A program made the translations under genes and the position numbers. Of a stretch of 64,000 bases of DNA, positions 37,942 to 48,864 are shown in pieces. Each line of letters opens with the position of its first letter. The first letter of the stretch is position 1. The notes beneath the pieces were generated by a model. It had not been told where the DNA came from and did no database searches. It was given only the letters and a program-made list of their open reading frames with translations. The stretch comes from Candidatus Altiarchaeota archaeon (GTDB lineage: Archaea > Altiarchaeota > Altiarchaeia > IMC4 > QMZM01): the NCBI GenBank assembly GCA_038891095.1, contig JAWAEV010000001.1:292468-356467 (forward strand), given 5' to 3'.

Positions 37942-39366
37942 ATGAAGGATATTAATGAAAATTTTTTAAGAAAAGCAAATGAAATTGCAAGGGAGATTAT
38001 AAAAAGGAATAATTTTCTTGTTGTAAGTCATTATGATGCTGATGGTGTTTCAGCATGCGCAATAATAATTGATCTCCTAAAAAATTTAAAAAAAGATGTT
38101 GACTTTAGGATAATAAAACAATTGGACTCAACAACGATAGATGAATTTAAAAACAGTAGGGATAAGACGATAATTTTTACTGATATGGGATCTGGCCAGA
38201 TTTCGCTTATAGAAAAATCAGGAATAGGAGATTTTTTTATTTTAGATCATCATATGCCAGAAAAAGAGAATGAGAGGCAATTAAATCCAATGTTTTATGG
38301 CTATGATGGTGGTTTAGAAATAAGTGGCTCAGGTGTTGCATATATGGTAGTAAGAGCATTAAATTTTAGGAATATGGCACATATTGCAGTTGTTGGATCT
38401 GTTGGAGATATGCAAGACTCGCAAGGAAAATTAGAGTCTTTAAATAGAGTTATAGCCATGGATGCTATAAATGAAGGAACTTTAAAAATTGAAAAAGATA
38501 TAAGACTCTTTGGTAGGCAATCCAGACCATTAGCGCAGATGTTAGCATATGCGTCTGATCCTCTATTGCCTGGGATTTGTGGTGATGAAACTGCTGCTTT
38601 TAATTTTCTTCAAAATTTAGGTATAAAATTGAAAAGAGATGATGGCTTGTGGAAACATTATATTGACCTTAACAAAGAAGAAAAGGAAAAAATAATTTCT
38701 GGAATTTATATGTATCTACTTGACTGTGATGTTCCAGAGTATATAATACAAGGAATTTTTGGTGAGGTTTATACTCTTCTGAAAGAAGAAGAAAGGACAG
38801 AGTTAAGAGATGCTAAAGAATTTGCAACTTTGTTAAATGCATGTGGCAGACAAAACAGCTCTGAAACAGGAGTATATATCTGTTTAGGTGATAGAAAAGA
38901 ATATCTAAAAAAAGCAAAGAATCTTCTTGAAAAGCACAGAAAAGCATTAAGACAAGGAATTACATATATGAAAGAGAAGGGTGTTTCTGAAATGTCCCAC
39001 TTATACTACTTTGATGCTTCGGGTATTATAGATGAGAATATCGTTGGTGTTATCTCCGGCATGGGCTATGGAGCAAAAATCTTTCCTCCTGATAAACCAA
39101 TAATCTCATTTGCAGATGATAAAGACAATGAATCAATGGCAAAAGTTTCTGCAAGAGCGAACTGGTCCTTAGTGAGAGAGGGCATCCATTTAGGAAATGC
39201 TCTTAGAGTTGCAAGTAGATTTATCGGAGGTGAAGGTGGTGGCCATAACATTGCAGCTGGTGCAAAAATACCAAAGGATAAAAAGGGTGAGTTTCTAGAA
39301 AAATTGAATGAAATTTTTAAAGAGCAAATTAGTAAAAAAATTAGGAAATGTAATTTATATAGCTGA
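37942..39366 (+). CDS. RecJ/GAN-like DHH family nuclease
   Basis: SHYDADG, TDMGSG, LDHH, GD.QD, LNACGR, GGGHNIAAG. Confidence 0.92.
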   Translation: MKDINENFLRKANEIAREIIKRNNFLVVSHYDADGVSACAIIIDLLKNLKKDVDFRIIKQLDSTTIDEFKNSRDKTIIFTDMGSGQISLIEKSGIGDFFILDHHMPEKENERQLNPMFYGYDGGLEISGSGVAYMVVRALNFRNMAHIAVVGSVGDMQDSQGKLESLNRVIAMDAINEGTLKIEKDIRLFGRQSRPLAQMLAYASDPLLPGICGDETAAFNFLQNLGIKLKRDDGLWKHYIDLNKEEKEKIISGIYMYLLDCDVPEYIIQGIFGEVYTLLKEEERTELRDAKEFATLLNACGRQNSSETGVYICLGDRKEYLKKAKNLLEKHRKALRQGITYMKEKGVSEMSHLYYFDASGIIDENIVGVISGMGYGAKIFPPDKPIISFADDKDNESMAKVSARANWSLVREGIHLGNALRVASRFIGGEGGGHNIAAGAKIPKDKKGEFLEKLNEIFKEQISKKIRKCNLYS

Positions 39367-39387
39367 AATCTAATTAAAGTTTACTAA

Positions 39388-39436
39388 TTCTGGATGGTTT
39401 GTCCATATGGACTACCATGCCAATTAGGCTCCAGAG
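39388..39436 (+). promoter_or_regulatory. candidate uS15 leader RNA (three-way junction)
   Basis: TCTGGA/TCCAGA closing stem enclosing TGGT..GTCC-ATAT-GGAC.ACCA and GCC-AATTA-GGC hairpins, upstream of rps15. Confidence 0.55.
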
Positions 39437-39512
39437 TAGATTAAATTTACCATTCCAATTAATTAGTATGCATTATTAGCGTTTTTATTAAAATTTATTT
39501 TACTTAGTTAAA

Positions 39513-39965
39513 TTGGCACGGATGCACATAAGAAGGAAGGGTAAATCTGGCTCAAAAAGACCAGGAATTAAGGGTAGGTTAGCTTTTGTTAATTATACTA
39601 AGGAGGAAATTGAAGAGCTTATATTAAAATTAAGAAAAGAGGGAAACTCCCCTTCAAAAATAGGATTAATTTTAAGAGATACTTACGGTATACCTTCAGT
39701 TAAAGATATTACTGGTAAAAAAATTAGTTTCTTTTTAGAGAAAAATTCACTAAGTCCTGAATTACCAGAGAATCTTGAAAATTTAATTAAGAAAGCTGTA
39801 AATTTGAGAAAACACTTAGAAAAAAATAAAAAGGACATTCACAACAGAAGAAGTCTGCAATTGATTGAGTCTAAGATTCATAGATTAGTGAAGTATTATA
39901 AGAGAGAAGGTAAACTCCCAGGTGATTGGGTCTATGAACCTGAAAAAGTTAAATTGAAGGTATAA
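39513..39965 (+). CDS. rps15: 30S ribosomal protein S15 (uS15/S13e)
   Basis: [35 protein letters not shown]; TTG start. Confidence 0.97.
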   Translation: MARMHIRRKGKSGSKRPGIKGRLAFVNYTKEEIEELILKLRKEGNSPSKIGLILRDTYGIPSVKDITGKKISFFLEKNSLSPELPENLENLIKKAVNLRKHLEKNKKDIHNRRSLQLIESKIHRLVKYYKREGKLPGDWVYEPEKVKLKV

Positions 39966-39966
39966 A

Positions 39967-40197
39967 ATGCACAAAGCATTGCTTTTAACAGAATCAAAAG
40001 ATGCTAAAAATATAGCAAAATCATTAGATATTGACAATTTAAACAGAGAGAATTTAAAGGTAAGTACAAAACTTTTCAAAGGTAGAATAAGAACAAAGGT
40101 TAAAGCAGATAAGATATCAACGCTGCTAAGCACATTGGATGACATTATAAGATGCCAAATAATTGCTGAAAAAAATATAAAGAATGGCAACTGTTAA
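39967..40197 (+). CDS. pcc1: KEOPS complex subunit Pcc1
   Basis: A..IAKSL..DN, I.AD.ISTL..TLDD; conserved rps15-pcc1-rps3ae context. Confidence 0.75.
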   Translation: MHKALLLTESKDAKNIAKSLDIDNLNRENLKVSTKLFKGRIRTKVKADKISTLLSTLDDIIRCQIIAEKNIKNGNC

Positions 40198-40738
40198 GAA
40201 AGGGTGGAAAGAAAAGAAAATTTACAGAATAATTGCTCCGGATAGCTTTAATCAGCAAGAAATAGGTGCAACTTTTTCTTCTGATGAAAAAAAACTTATA
40301 GGTAGAAATATTGAAGTTTCTCTGCGAGATTTAACAGATGATAAAACAAAACAGCACATTAAGGTTGTTTTTGAGATTTTTAATGTTGAAAATGGAGTTG
40401 CAAAAACAAAATTCAAGAAATTTTATACAAGTGCTCAGTATTCAAGATCTAAAATAAAAAAAGGTATAAGCAAAATAGAGACAAAAATGAAGTTAAAACT
40501 CTTAGATGCCAATATTTGGTTGAGAAGTGTAATTGCAACAAATAAAAAAATTCAGACATCAAAAGCTACTGATATGAATAAAAAAGCTATTGAAATTATT
40601 GAAAAAAACAAGGATATGAAATTCAACGATTTTCTGCACATTGCTTTGTTTGGAAAATTAGCAAGTGAAATTTATTATAGTGTAAAGAAAATTTCGCCTG
40701 TGAAAAGAGTTGAAATTGAAGAACTTAGGTTGATATGA
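40184..40738 (+). CDS. rps3ae: 30S ribosomal protein S3Ae (eS1)
   Basis: WKEKK.Y.IIAP..F, GRNIEVSL.DLT, KKISPVKRVEI. Confidence 0.93.
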   Translation: MATVKKGWKEKKIYRIIAPDSFNQQEIGATFSSDEKKLIGRNIEVSLRDLTDDKTKQHIKVVFEIFNVENGVAKTKFKKFYTSAQYSRSKIKKGISKIETKMKLKLLDANIWLRSVIATNKKIQTSKATDMNKKAIEIIEKNKDMKFNDFLHIALFGKLASEIYYSVKKISPVKRVEIEELRLI

Positions 40739-40740
40739 GT

Positions 40741-41014
40741 TGCTTTTCTGCTAAATCTAAAATAACAACTCTTCCAGGCTATTCTTGAAAAAATTTTGAG
40801 TTTTAAATTAACTTTTTTATATCTTTTGGTTTGCACCCTGAAGAAGATGAAACAATTAAAACTGTTAAATTAGTATAAATTCTATAATTTTGAAAAATTT
40901 GCCAATCAAATTTTCTAAACTACTAACTCTACAGTGAAGACAATATTTAGCCCAAAAAGAAGTTCAATCTTTCCAAGGTTTAAAACCATATTTCAAAACT
41001 GAAAAATTTTCCAT
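40741..41014 (-). pseudogene. probable decayed gene fragment
   Basis: Protein-like frames broken by stops, e.g. LTVLIVSSSSGCKPKDIKKLI*NSKFFQE*PGRVVILDLAEKQ; family not recognised. Confidence 0.3.
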
Positions 41015-41070
41015 GACTGTAAAGTTAAGAGTTTTGCCTATTTTTTTATTTAACAAATTTTTATAGTTCT

Positions 41071-42498
41071 TCAAAATTTTTGATCTCCTTTGGAATTTTC
41101 ATCCTCAAAACTTTCGCAGAACTTTATTGCCTTTGGAATTCTCTCAATTACATCTGTTGCAGTGAAATAATAACTAAAATCTTTCAGTGCAATATCGCCA
41201 GCAAGACCATTTATAAATGCTCCTGCAGATGCAGCATAAAATCTATCTGCTTTAACTGATAAAGCTGCAATAACTCCCGCGAGCACATCACCTGTGCCAC
41301 CAACAGTCATTCCTGGATTTCCTGTTCTATTGAGTTTTGTTCTATGCCCATCAGAAATTATGTCAATATTGCCTTTTAAAACAATTATAGCTTTGAATTT
41401 TTTTGCAAACTTTTCAACTAATTTAACTCTCTCAGAAAAATTTTCACTAAATTCAGAAAAAAGAATTTTAAATTCATTAGCATGTGGCGTAAGTATCATG
41501 TTTTCCTTTATCTCTCTTGGATTGATTAATTTTAGGGCGTCTGCATCCACGATAACGGTTTTTTTTGTTTCATTTAAAAATTTTTTCACTGCAATTCTTG
41601 TCTTTTCTTCTAAGCCTAAACCATTTCCAATAACCGCAACATCAAAGTCTATTTCTGAAATTAAATCTAAGTCATCAGAATATAAAAAAAATTCTGAATT
41701 TAAAGTGTTGATAATGATATTTTCATCATATGGAATTTTTTCAGCAACATATTTTGGGCATGCTACAATTGAGATATCAGCACCTGCTTTTAATGCTGCT
41801 TTTGCAACTAAAATTGGAGCTCCAATAAAATTTTTACTGCCACCTATAATGAGAATTCTACCAAAGTCTCCCTTATGCTCATCTCCCTTTCTTTTTGGTA
41901 GTGCATAAAGAACATCTCCAGGACCAACAAATGTCTCTGCCTCCTTTGGAATTCCTATTGAAACAACTTTTGCATTCTCTGTCTTTTTTATATGAAATGA
42001 AATGACCTTATCAGCCTTAATTCCTGGCGTTGGAATATCTGCAGATATTTTGAAAATTTTTAGAGAGTTTATAAAGTTAACTAATGTTTTTACTGGCTCT
42101 CTGAGCTCGCCTTTTGCTCCAACTCCAAGAATTGCATCTATTATAGCATCACAGTTGTAAAGTTTTTCCTTTAATTTAAAAACATCTGATGAATCTGAAA
42201 TTTCAAAAATTTCTATGCTTGGCAGCTTTATTAATAATTCAAAATTTTTTTGGGCTTCTTTTGTTCTTTCTCCTTTAATTGCAAATACTTTTACTTTCTT
42301 GCCAAAAGATGCTAAATGCCTTGCAGCAACAAAACCATCACCGCCATTATTCCCAGTACCACAAAATATCGCAACTGAAGAGAAATTCTCAGCTTCTTTC
42401 GCAAGTTCTCTACCAGCATTTTCCATTAATAACTCAGTAGAAATTCCTAAATATTTGGAATTTATATCAATGATTTTTGTAAGTTCTGAGATTTCCAT
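41071..42498 (-). CDS. nnr: bifunctional NAD(P)H-hydrate epimerase/dehydratase
   Basis: LMENAG, GNNGGDG, HKGDFG, DADA, TPH..EF, GGTGDVLAG. Confidence 0.95.
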   Translation of the reverse strand: MEISELTKIIDINSKYLGISTELLMENAGRELAKEAENFSSVAIFCGTGNNGGDGFVAARHLASFGKKVKVFAIKGERTKEAQKNFELLIKLPSIEIFEISDSSDVFKLKEKLYNCDAIIDAILGVGAKGELREPVKTLVNFINSLKIFKISADIPTPGIKADKVISFHIKKTENAKVVSIGIPKEAETFVGPGDVLYALPKRKGDEHKGDFGRILIIGGSKNFIGAPILVAKAALKAGADISIVACPKYVAEKIPYDENIIINTLNSEFFLYSDDLDLISEIDFDVAVIGNGLGLEEKTRIAVKKFLNETKKTVIVDADALKLINPREIKENMILTPHANEFKILFSEFSENFSERVKLVEKFAKKFKAIIVLKGNIDIISDGHRTKLNRTGNPGMTVGGTGDVLAGVIAALSVKADRFYAASAGAFINGLAGDIALKDFSYYFTATDVIERIPKAIKFCESFEDENSKGDQKF

Positions 42499-42504
42499 TA
42501 TGGA

Positions 42505-44682
42505 TTAAATATAAGCTGGGACTTTTTTCTTTTCTTCATCCTTAGATTTTTCTTTAAAAAACTCAAATTGCTTTATATCTTGTTCTGAAATAGATGGCTT
42601 TATCTTCTCTAATGCCTTTTCAAAATGTTCCATGGTAACTTTTGATGCTTTTATATCTTCTCTCAAAGCAATCATTGCAGCTTCTCTACAAACTGCTTCA
42701 ATATCAGCTCCACTATAACCATGAGTTCTCTTTGCAAGTTCTTCAAGTTTTACATTCTCAATTGGCATTTTTCTTGTATGAACTTTGAATATTGAAAGCC
42801 TTGCTTTTTCATCTGGCGCTGGCACAAGTATTTTTGAGTCAAATCTTCCAGGCCTTAGTAATGATGGATCAAGAATATCTGGCCTATTAGTTGCACCAAT
42901 AATAACAACATTTTCAATATTTTCAATTCCATCCATTTCTGTAAGAAGCTGATTTACAACTGTTTCAGTTACATGAGAGCCTGCGTAAATACCTCTTCTT
43001 GGAGCTAAAGCATCAATTTCATCAAATAAAACTATGCAAGGAGCAACTTGCTTTGCCTTTTTAAAAACTTCCCTAACTCCGCGCTCGCTTTCACCTACCC
43101 ACATTGAAAGCAACTCAGGACCCTTAACAGCAATAAAATTTGACTCTGATTCAGATGCAACTGCCTTTGCAAGAAGAGTTTTTCCACAACCTGGTGGCCC
43201 ATATAAGAGTATTGCCTTAGGAGCTCTTATTCCCATTCTCTTAAAAACATTAGGATGCTTTAATGGCCATTCTATTGCCTCTCTAAGTTCTCTCTTAACA
43301 TCCTCTAAGCCACCAATGTCATTCCATTTAACTTCAGGGACTTCAATTAAAACTTCTCTTAATGCTGATGGTGTAACAATTTTTAATGCTTCCATAAAAT
43401 CTCTCCTTTCAACTCTTAGCTTATCTAAAATTTCTGCAGGGATTGTATCTTTTTCAAGATCAATTTTTGGCAAAATTCTTTTCAATGTCTGCATTGCTGC
43501 TTCTCTTGCCAAAGCAGCTAAATCCGCCCCAACAAAGCCATGAGTTATCTTGGCTATTTCTGCTAAGGAGACATCATCTGCTAATGGCATACCTCTTGTA
43601 TGAATTTGCAAAATTTCCTTTCTTCCATTTCTATCTGGAACACCTATCTCAATTTCTCTATCAAATCTTCCTGGTCGGCGAAGAGCAGGGTCAATTGAAT
43701 TTGGTTGATTTGTTGCTGCTATCACAATAACATTCCCTCTAGTTGTAAGTCCGTCCATTAAAGCTAAAAGTTGAGCAACAACTCGCCTTTCAACCTCTCC
43801 ACGAGTTTCTTCTCTCTTAGGAGCAATTGAATCGATTTCATCTATGAAAATTATTGCTGGAGCATTATCTTGAGCTTCCTTGAATATGTCTCTTAACTTT
43901 CTTTCTGATTCCCCATAAAATTTATCCATAATTTCAGGCCCATTAATTGGTATGAAATAAGCATTTGATTCAGACGCAACAGCTTTTGCTATTAGAGTTT
44001 TTCCTGTGCCAGGAGGGCCAAAAAGCAAAACACCTTTGGGAGGAGTTATTCCAAGTTTTTCAAAAAGCTCAGGATGCTTCATTGGCAATTCAACCATTTC
44101 TCTAATACGAGAAATCTCCTCTTTTAAGCCACCAATATCTTCATATCTAACAGTTGGAATTCTTTTTAACTCAACTGGTTTTGATTTTATTTCTATTTTT
44201 GTCTCTTCTTGAACTTGAACTATACCTTTAGGAGAAGTGTCTGCAACAACAAATGGGATAGCATCACCTAAAATTCCAATTGATAAGTTATCTTCCAAAA
44301 CTAAAGGCCTACCTAAGAGTCTTTGTTTTAAATGAATTGAGAAATCCTCACCAAATCTTATCTCATGTCTTACAGGAGCAATAACAACCTTCTTTGCTGG
44401 CTCAACTTTTGCTTTCTTAACAGTCACTTTATCTCCAAGTGAAACACCGGAGTTTTGCCTTATCAAACCGTCCATTCTTATAATTCCTTCACCATAATCC
44501 TGTGGATGCAAAGGCCAAACTATTGCACTTGTTATTTTTTTACCAGAAATTTCAATTATATCGCCAGATGTTATCTTTAGCTTTTCCATTGAGTCACTAT
44601 CAATTCTCACGATACCACGACCAACATCACTTTGTAGTGCTTCAGCAACCTTTAGTTCAATTTTTTCAAATTTTTCAACCAT
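42505..44682 (-). CDS. cdc48: CDC48/VAT family AAA+ ATPase
   Basis: N-domain plus two AAA modules ([22 protein letters not shown]); ATG 44682. Confidence 0.97.
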   Translation of the reverse strand: MVEKFEKIELKVAEALQSDVGRGIVRIDSDSMEKLKITSGDIIEISGKKITSAIVWPLHPQDYGEGIIRMDGLIRQNSGVSLGDKVTVKKAKVEPAKKVVIAPVRHEIRFGEDFSIHLKQRLLGRPLVLEDNLSIGILGDAIPFVVADTSPKGIVQVQEETKIEIKSKPVELKRIPTVRYEDIGGLKEEISRIREMVELPMKHPELFEKLGITPPKGVLLFGPPGTGKTLIAKAVASESNAYFIPINGPEIMDKFYGESERKLRDIFKEAQDNAPAIIFIDEIDSIAPKREETRGEVERRVVAQLLALMDGLTTRGNVIVIAATNQPNSIDPALRRPGRFDREIEIGVPDRNGRKEILQIHTRGMPLADDVSLAEIAKITHGFVGADLAALAREAAMQTLKRILPKIDLEKDTIPAEILDKLRVERRDFMEALKIVTPSALREVLIEVPEVKWNDIGGLEDVKRELREAIEWPLKHPNVFKRMGIRAPKAILLYGPPGCGKTLLAKAVASESESNFIAVKGPELLSMWVGESERGVREVFKKAKQVAPCIVLFDEIDALAPRRGIYAGSHVTETVVNQLLTEMDGIENIENVVIIGATNRPDILDPSLLRPGRFDSKILVPAPDEKARLSIFKVHTRKMPIENVKLEELAKRTHGYSGADIEAVCREAAMIALREDIKASKVTMEHFEKALEKIKPSISEQDIKQFEFFKEKSKDEEKKKVPAYI

Positions 44683-44723
44683 ATTAATTATAATACAGAT
44701 TAGATAAAGATAAATTTGATGTT

Positions 44724-45947
44724 TCACCAATATTCATTCTTCATTAGCTCTCTTAACAAAATTGTTGCATATGCCCCTTTCGGTATTGAGAATTTAATTA
44801 CAACTTTTTTACAATCTTTTGAGAATTCATCATCTGCTATAGCTAAAATTTCAAAATCTTTAAATTCAAAGAAACTATCTCTTTCACTACCTTCAGAACT
44901 CATTTCAGGTATTTCCTTGATAAGGAAATCCTCCTTTTTTATTCCTTCATTCTCAAGAATTTTTTCTGTTATTTCATCAATATTACTCTTATACCCAACT
45001 AAAGGTAACTTCTCAGGATAGATTTCTTTCTTTATGCAAAAACTTAAGGCTTTGTTAAAAATATATGCCTGATAAGCATGGATGAACATCAACCTGAGTT
45101 TTTTTGGAAGTTTTCTTAGAGCACCAATATAATCGTTCTTTGCTTTTATAAGATGGTTTAGCATTGTTATCTCGTAGCTTAAATTTTTGGGAAAAATTTT
45201 TATAGCCTCTCTAAAATCTTGTTTCTCTGAAAGAAATTTTCTTGCATTTCTTGATTTTTCAGATTCAGACTGAGAATACTCTGCGAGATATAGCATTACA
45301 GCTTCTTTAAAATTTTTCTTTAAAATTTCTTTGCCAACAAGATGTGTTATTGGTCTTTGTATTCCAAATCTCTGCAAACCAAAAAAACCTGGAATTTTAA
45401 AATTTAATTCTTTTATTGTGGCATTTATATTTTCTTTTATTTCATTCTCACTTTTATGAATTTCTCTTATAGTTATTGTAAATCTATTTCCAAGCAGGTC
45501 CCCAAGATTAATTCTTTCTTTCTCATATTTTGGATCTCTTATTTCAATATCTTTAATTTTGATCTTCATTAAATTTTCAATTGGAACATTCCATAATGAA
45601 ACTCTCTGTGTTGTTATCGCTCTTTTATCTTTTGTTCCTGAAAAGCCAAATCTTTTCCTACTAACTCTTAACCTCTTTGAAATTTCCCTTATGGCTCTTA
45701 GAGTATCCCAATTATATTTCCACAAAGTGAAGTGCACATAGCTTGTTATTTCTTTTTTATCATTAGAATTTTTATCTTCTGTATTCAAAGAAAGAATTTT
45801 ATCCTCAGGATAAATTTCTTCAACTATAAAATCTTCAGGCAATTTTTTTATTTTTCCTCCAATACCTTCTGTTTTTGTAGCATAAACTTCTAAACCTACA
45901 ATTTTTTCAAGTTTTGGCGGTGTATTTTCTATTATTTCTGCAATCAT
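44724..45947 (-). CDS. truD: tRNA pseudouridine(13) synthase
   Basis: [41 protein letters not shown]. Confidence 0.96.
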   Translation of the reverse strand: MIAEIIENTPPKLEKIVGLEVYATKTEGIGGKIKKLPEDFIVEEIYPEDKILSLNTEDKNSNDKKEITSYVHFTLWKYNWDTLRAIREISKRLRVSRKRFGFSGTKDKRAITTQRVSLWNVPIENLMKIKIKDIEIRDPKYEKERINLGDLLGNRFTITIREIHKSENEIKENINATIKELNFKIPGFFGLQRFGIQRPITHLVGKEILKKNFKEAVMLYLAEYSQSESEKSRNARKFLSEKQDFREAIKIFPKNLSYEITMLNHLIKAKNDYIGALRKLPKKLRLMFIHAYQAYIFNKALSFCIKKEIYPEKLPLVGYKSNIDEITEKILENEGIKKEDFLIKEIPEMSSEGSERDSFFEFKDFEILAIADDEFSKDCKKVVIKFSIPKGAYATILLRELMKNEYW

Positions 45948-45974
45948 TCTAAATTACATTAATAATATAATAAT

Positions 45975-46277
45975 ATGGAAGAATTTTCTAAATTACAAAA
46001 GCAAGTTTTTGAGTATGATGAGAAAAATAATTGGCTAGCAGACGATAGCAGAGAAATTGTTTTGCATATGCAAGAAGAACTTGGAGAAATAGCAAGAGAA
46101 ATTTTAAGATTTTGTGAATATAAAAAGGATAAAATTTTTTTAAAGGAGAAATTATCAGAAGAAATCTCTGACCTTTTTTACTTAACTCTAAAATTGGCAA
46201 ACAAATTTCAAATTCAATTAGATGAATCCTGGAGCAATATGTGGGAGAGATATAAAGCGAAAGTTAGTAGAAAGTAG
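45975..46277 (+). CDS. MazG-like nucleotide pyrophosphohydrolase
   Basis: EELGEIA...EEISD. Confidence 0.85.
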   Translation: MEEFSKLQKQVFEYDEKNNWLADDSREIVLHMQEELGEIAREILRFCEYKKDKIFLKEKLSEEISDLFYLTLKLANKFQIQLDESWSNMWERYKAKVSRK

Positions 46278-46278
46278 A

Positions 46279-46965
46279 ATGCCACAAAAATCTTTACTGA
46301 TTTCGGAGGAACAATTTGAAAAATTAAAAAAATCAAAAATTGTTAGGAAAGGAAATTTAAAATCAGAATATGAAAAGTTAAGGGGCAAAATTGATAAATC
46401 AACAGTTGTTGTTTATGAAGGTAAACATGGGCTCACATTGCTTATACAAAATTTAACTCCTTTAGTTGAAAAGAAGGTCGATGATATAATTGGAAAAGAA
46501 AAAAAGAGGGTTATTGAGATTGATGATAGCGGCTGGGGCGAGCCAATTGGTGGAGTTTTTATTGTAGGTAGGGATTTAGAAACTGGTAAAATTTCAAAGC
46601 AAGAAATTCCAGTAAATTTTTTTCAAGAGCCAAATTTTAAGGCAGGTAAGTACTATATCGAAACGATACGCGCTGTAAATGCTATACTCTATGAGCTTGA
46701 TGCAGAACCAACAAAAACACTTATAAAAATTTGCCCAGGAGAAATTTTTTCACATGTTTATAGATTTCTTGAAAATAATGGATATGAATGTAAAAAAGTT
46801 AAAATTCGTGGCGAAACGCAAAGAATTGCAGAAAAGGCCTTTGATTCTTATCTAAAAAAAATAGGTTGTCCCAGAGGCTATAAAAAGATGAAAAAATGGT
46901 TGGAAGAAAATAGAGAAGAAAGAGAAAAATTTGCAAAAACTGGTTGGAAAGAATTCAGAAAATGA
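46279..46965 (+). CDS. RNase HIII-like protein with atypical active-site motifs
   Basis: N-terminal TBP-like segment (EYEKLR..IDKSTVVVY) plus RNase H fold IEIDDSGWGEPIGG; ATG 46279. Confidence 0.55.
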   Translation: MPQKSLLISEEQFEKLKKSKIVRKGNLKSEYEKLRGKIDKSTVVVYEGKHGLTLLIQNLTPLVEKKVDDIIGKEKKRVIEIDDSGWGEPIGGVFIVGRDLETGKISKQEIPVNFFQEPNFKAGKYYIETIRAVNAILYELDAEPTKTLIKICPGEIFSHVYRFLENNGYECKKVKIRGETQRIAEKAFDSYLKKIGCPRGYKKMKKWLEENREEREKFAKTGWKEFRK

Positions 46966-48059
46966 ATGAAAAACTTGATCCCTGGGAAGTTGAAAGTATA
47001 GAGAATTATGAAAAACTATTTAAGGAATTTGGTATAGAGCCTTTTAGTAAATTTAAAGAGAAATTTTCTGAGAATAAGTATATGAGGCGTGGTATAATTT
47101 TTGGTCATAGAAACTTTGAAAGAATAGCAAATGCTATAGAAAATAAAAATAAATTTTGTATGATAACAGGACTCATGCCATCTGGGAAATTTCATTTTGG
47201 GCATAAGATTGTTGCTGAGCAGATAATATGGTATCAAAAGCTAAATGCTAAGATTTATGTATGTGCTGCCGACATTGAATCATATCTAATGAGAAATGTA
47301 AAATTTGATGAAGCAAGAAAAATTGCAATTAATGAATATCTAAGAAATTACATTGCTTTAGGTTTAACTGAAAAAAATTTGACTTTTTGGTTTCAATCAG
47401 ATTATAAAGTTCCTTATTACAGACTTAGAGATGTTTTCTCTAAAAAAGTCACATTCAATGAGTTAAATGCTGTATATGGCTCTTTAGAGCCAAGAAAAAT
47501 TTTTTCTTCCCTTACACAAGTTGCTGACATACTACATATGCAATTAAAAGAATTTGAAGGTCCCATGCCAACTGTAGTCCCTGTTGGCGCAGATCAAGAT
47601 CCACATATAAGACTTACAAGAGATATAGCAGCAAGATTTAGCAAAGAATATGAATTTATTTTACCATCTTCAACATATCATAAATTTATGCCTGGTTTGC
47701 AAGGAGGTAAGATGTCATCATCTGATGAGAAATCTTACATTGCTCTCACTGACAAACCAGAAAAAGCAAGAAAAAAAATTATGGAAGCAAAAACTGGTGG
47801 TAGAGCAACAATTGAAGAGCAAAGGAAAAAAGGCGGCATCCCTGAGCAATGTATGATTTTTGAAATTTACAAATTCCACTTAATTGAAGATGATAAAGAA
47901 CTTGAGAAAATTTATAATGAATGTAAAACTGGAAAATTACTTTGCGGAGAAGATAAAAAAAGATGCTCTGAACTTATGGAAAAATTCTTAAAGGAACATC
48001 AAAAAAAATTGAAAAGTCAAAAAACTGAAAAAATTGTTGAGAAAATTTTAAATATTTAA
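46962..48059 (+). CDS. trpS: tryptophanyl-tRNA synthetase
   Basis: LDPW, HFGH, GADQDPH, KMSSS; ATGA overlap. Confidence 0.96.
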   Translation: MNEKLDPWEVESIENYEKLFKEFGIEPFSKFKEKFSENKYMRRGIIFGHRNFERIANAIENKNKFCMITGLMPSGKFHFGHKIVAEQIIWYQKLNAKIYVCAADIESYLMRNVKFDEARKIAINEYLRNYIALGLTEKNLTFWFQSDYKVPYYRLRDVFSKKVTFNELNAVYGSLEPRKIFSSLTQVADILHMQLKEFEGPMPTVVPVGADQDPHIRLTRDIAARFSKEYEFILPSSTYHKFMPGLQGGKMSSSDEKSYIALTDKPEKARKKIMEAKTGGRATIEEQRKKGGIPEQCMIFEIYKFHLIEDDKELEKIYNECKTGKLLCGEDKKRCSELMEKFLKEHQKKLKSQKTEKIVEKILNI

Positions 48060-48260
48060 TTCAGATTATGTATAGATTCTTCTGATGGATAAACTTGTAT
48101 AGACCAAACAAATGACTTTGCAAGTTGTTTACTTAATTCTACATTCAGTTCTCAATGTTAATTCCTAATTATTTAAGGGCTTCTTTTTCTATAGCCCATG
48201 CGCGATTATTTTAATCTCTATGTCATCAAACTTAGATTGAAGAAAATTAAGAAAATGAAG

Positions 48261-48863
48261 TTATGTAAATATTCCTTGCTCTCTGCATTCAAATTTTTCA
48301 ATGCCCGTTGTTGTTTTAGTTATTTTCTCATATAACGAATTTCCTTTTGAATCAATAGCAACTATTAAAGGACCAAAATTTTTAACTTCAAGCTCATAAA
48401 CAGCTTCTGCTAAGCCTAAATCCTCCCAATAAACATTTTTTATTTTTTTAATCTGTTTAGTTGTAATAGCTCCACAACCACCAGTCATTGCTAAATAAAC
48501 ACAAGAATTCTTCATTGCTTTTACAACTTCTCCACTCATACCACCTTTACCAATTATTGCTCTAATTTTGAATTTTTTTATTATCTTCTTAGCATAGGGG
48601 TTTAGCCTTGTTGAAGTTGTAGGTCCAATTGAGAAAATTCTAAAATTGTTTTTTTCTTTTTTTGCTATTGGTCCAGAATGGAGAATAACAGAATTTTTCA
48701 ATTTGAAAGGCAGTTCTTTTCTTTTTTCCAAAAATTTTAAAATTCTGATGTGTGCTTTATCTCTTGCTGTAAAAATTATTCCTGAAATATATACTATATC
48801 AGCAACTTTTAGCTCTTTTATTCTTTCTTCGTTTATAGGAACATTTAATTTGAATTTTTTCAT
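48261..48863 (-). CDS. Fe-S fumarate hydratase/tartrate dehydratase beta subunit
   Basis: TARDKAH, GPTTS.R, IGKGG, DSKGNSLY; ATG 48863. Confidence 0.92.
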   Translation of the reverse strand: MKKFKLNVPINEERIKELKVADIVYISGIIFTARDKAHIRILKFLEKRKELPFKLKNSVILHSGPIAKKEKNNFRIFSIGPTTSTRLNPYAKKIIKKFKIRAIIGKGGMSGEVVKAMKNSCVYLAMTGGCGAITTKQIKKIKNVYWEDLGLAEAVYELEVKNFGPLIVAIDSKGNSLYEKITKTTTGIEKFECREQGIFT

Positions 48864-48864
48864 T

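Noticed and set aside
48060-48260. TGATGA...CTGA on the minus strand as a C/D box sRNA
   Set aside because: Spacing about 85 nt with no clear internal boxes or terminal stem; more likely decayed coding sequence.
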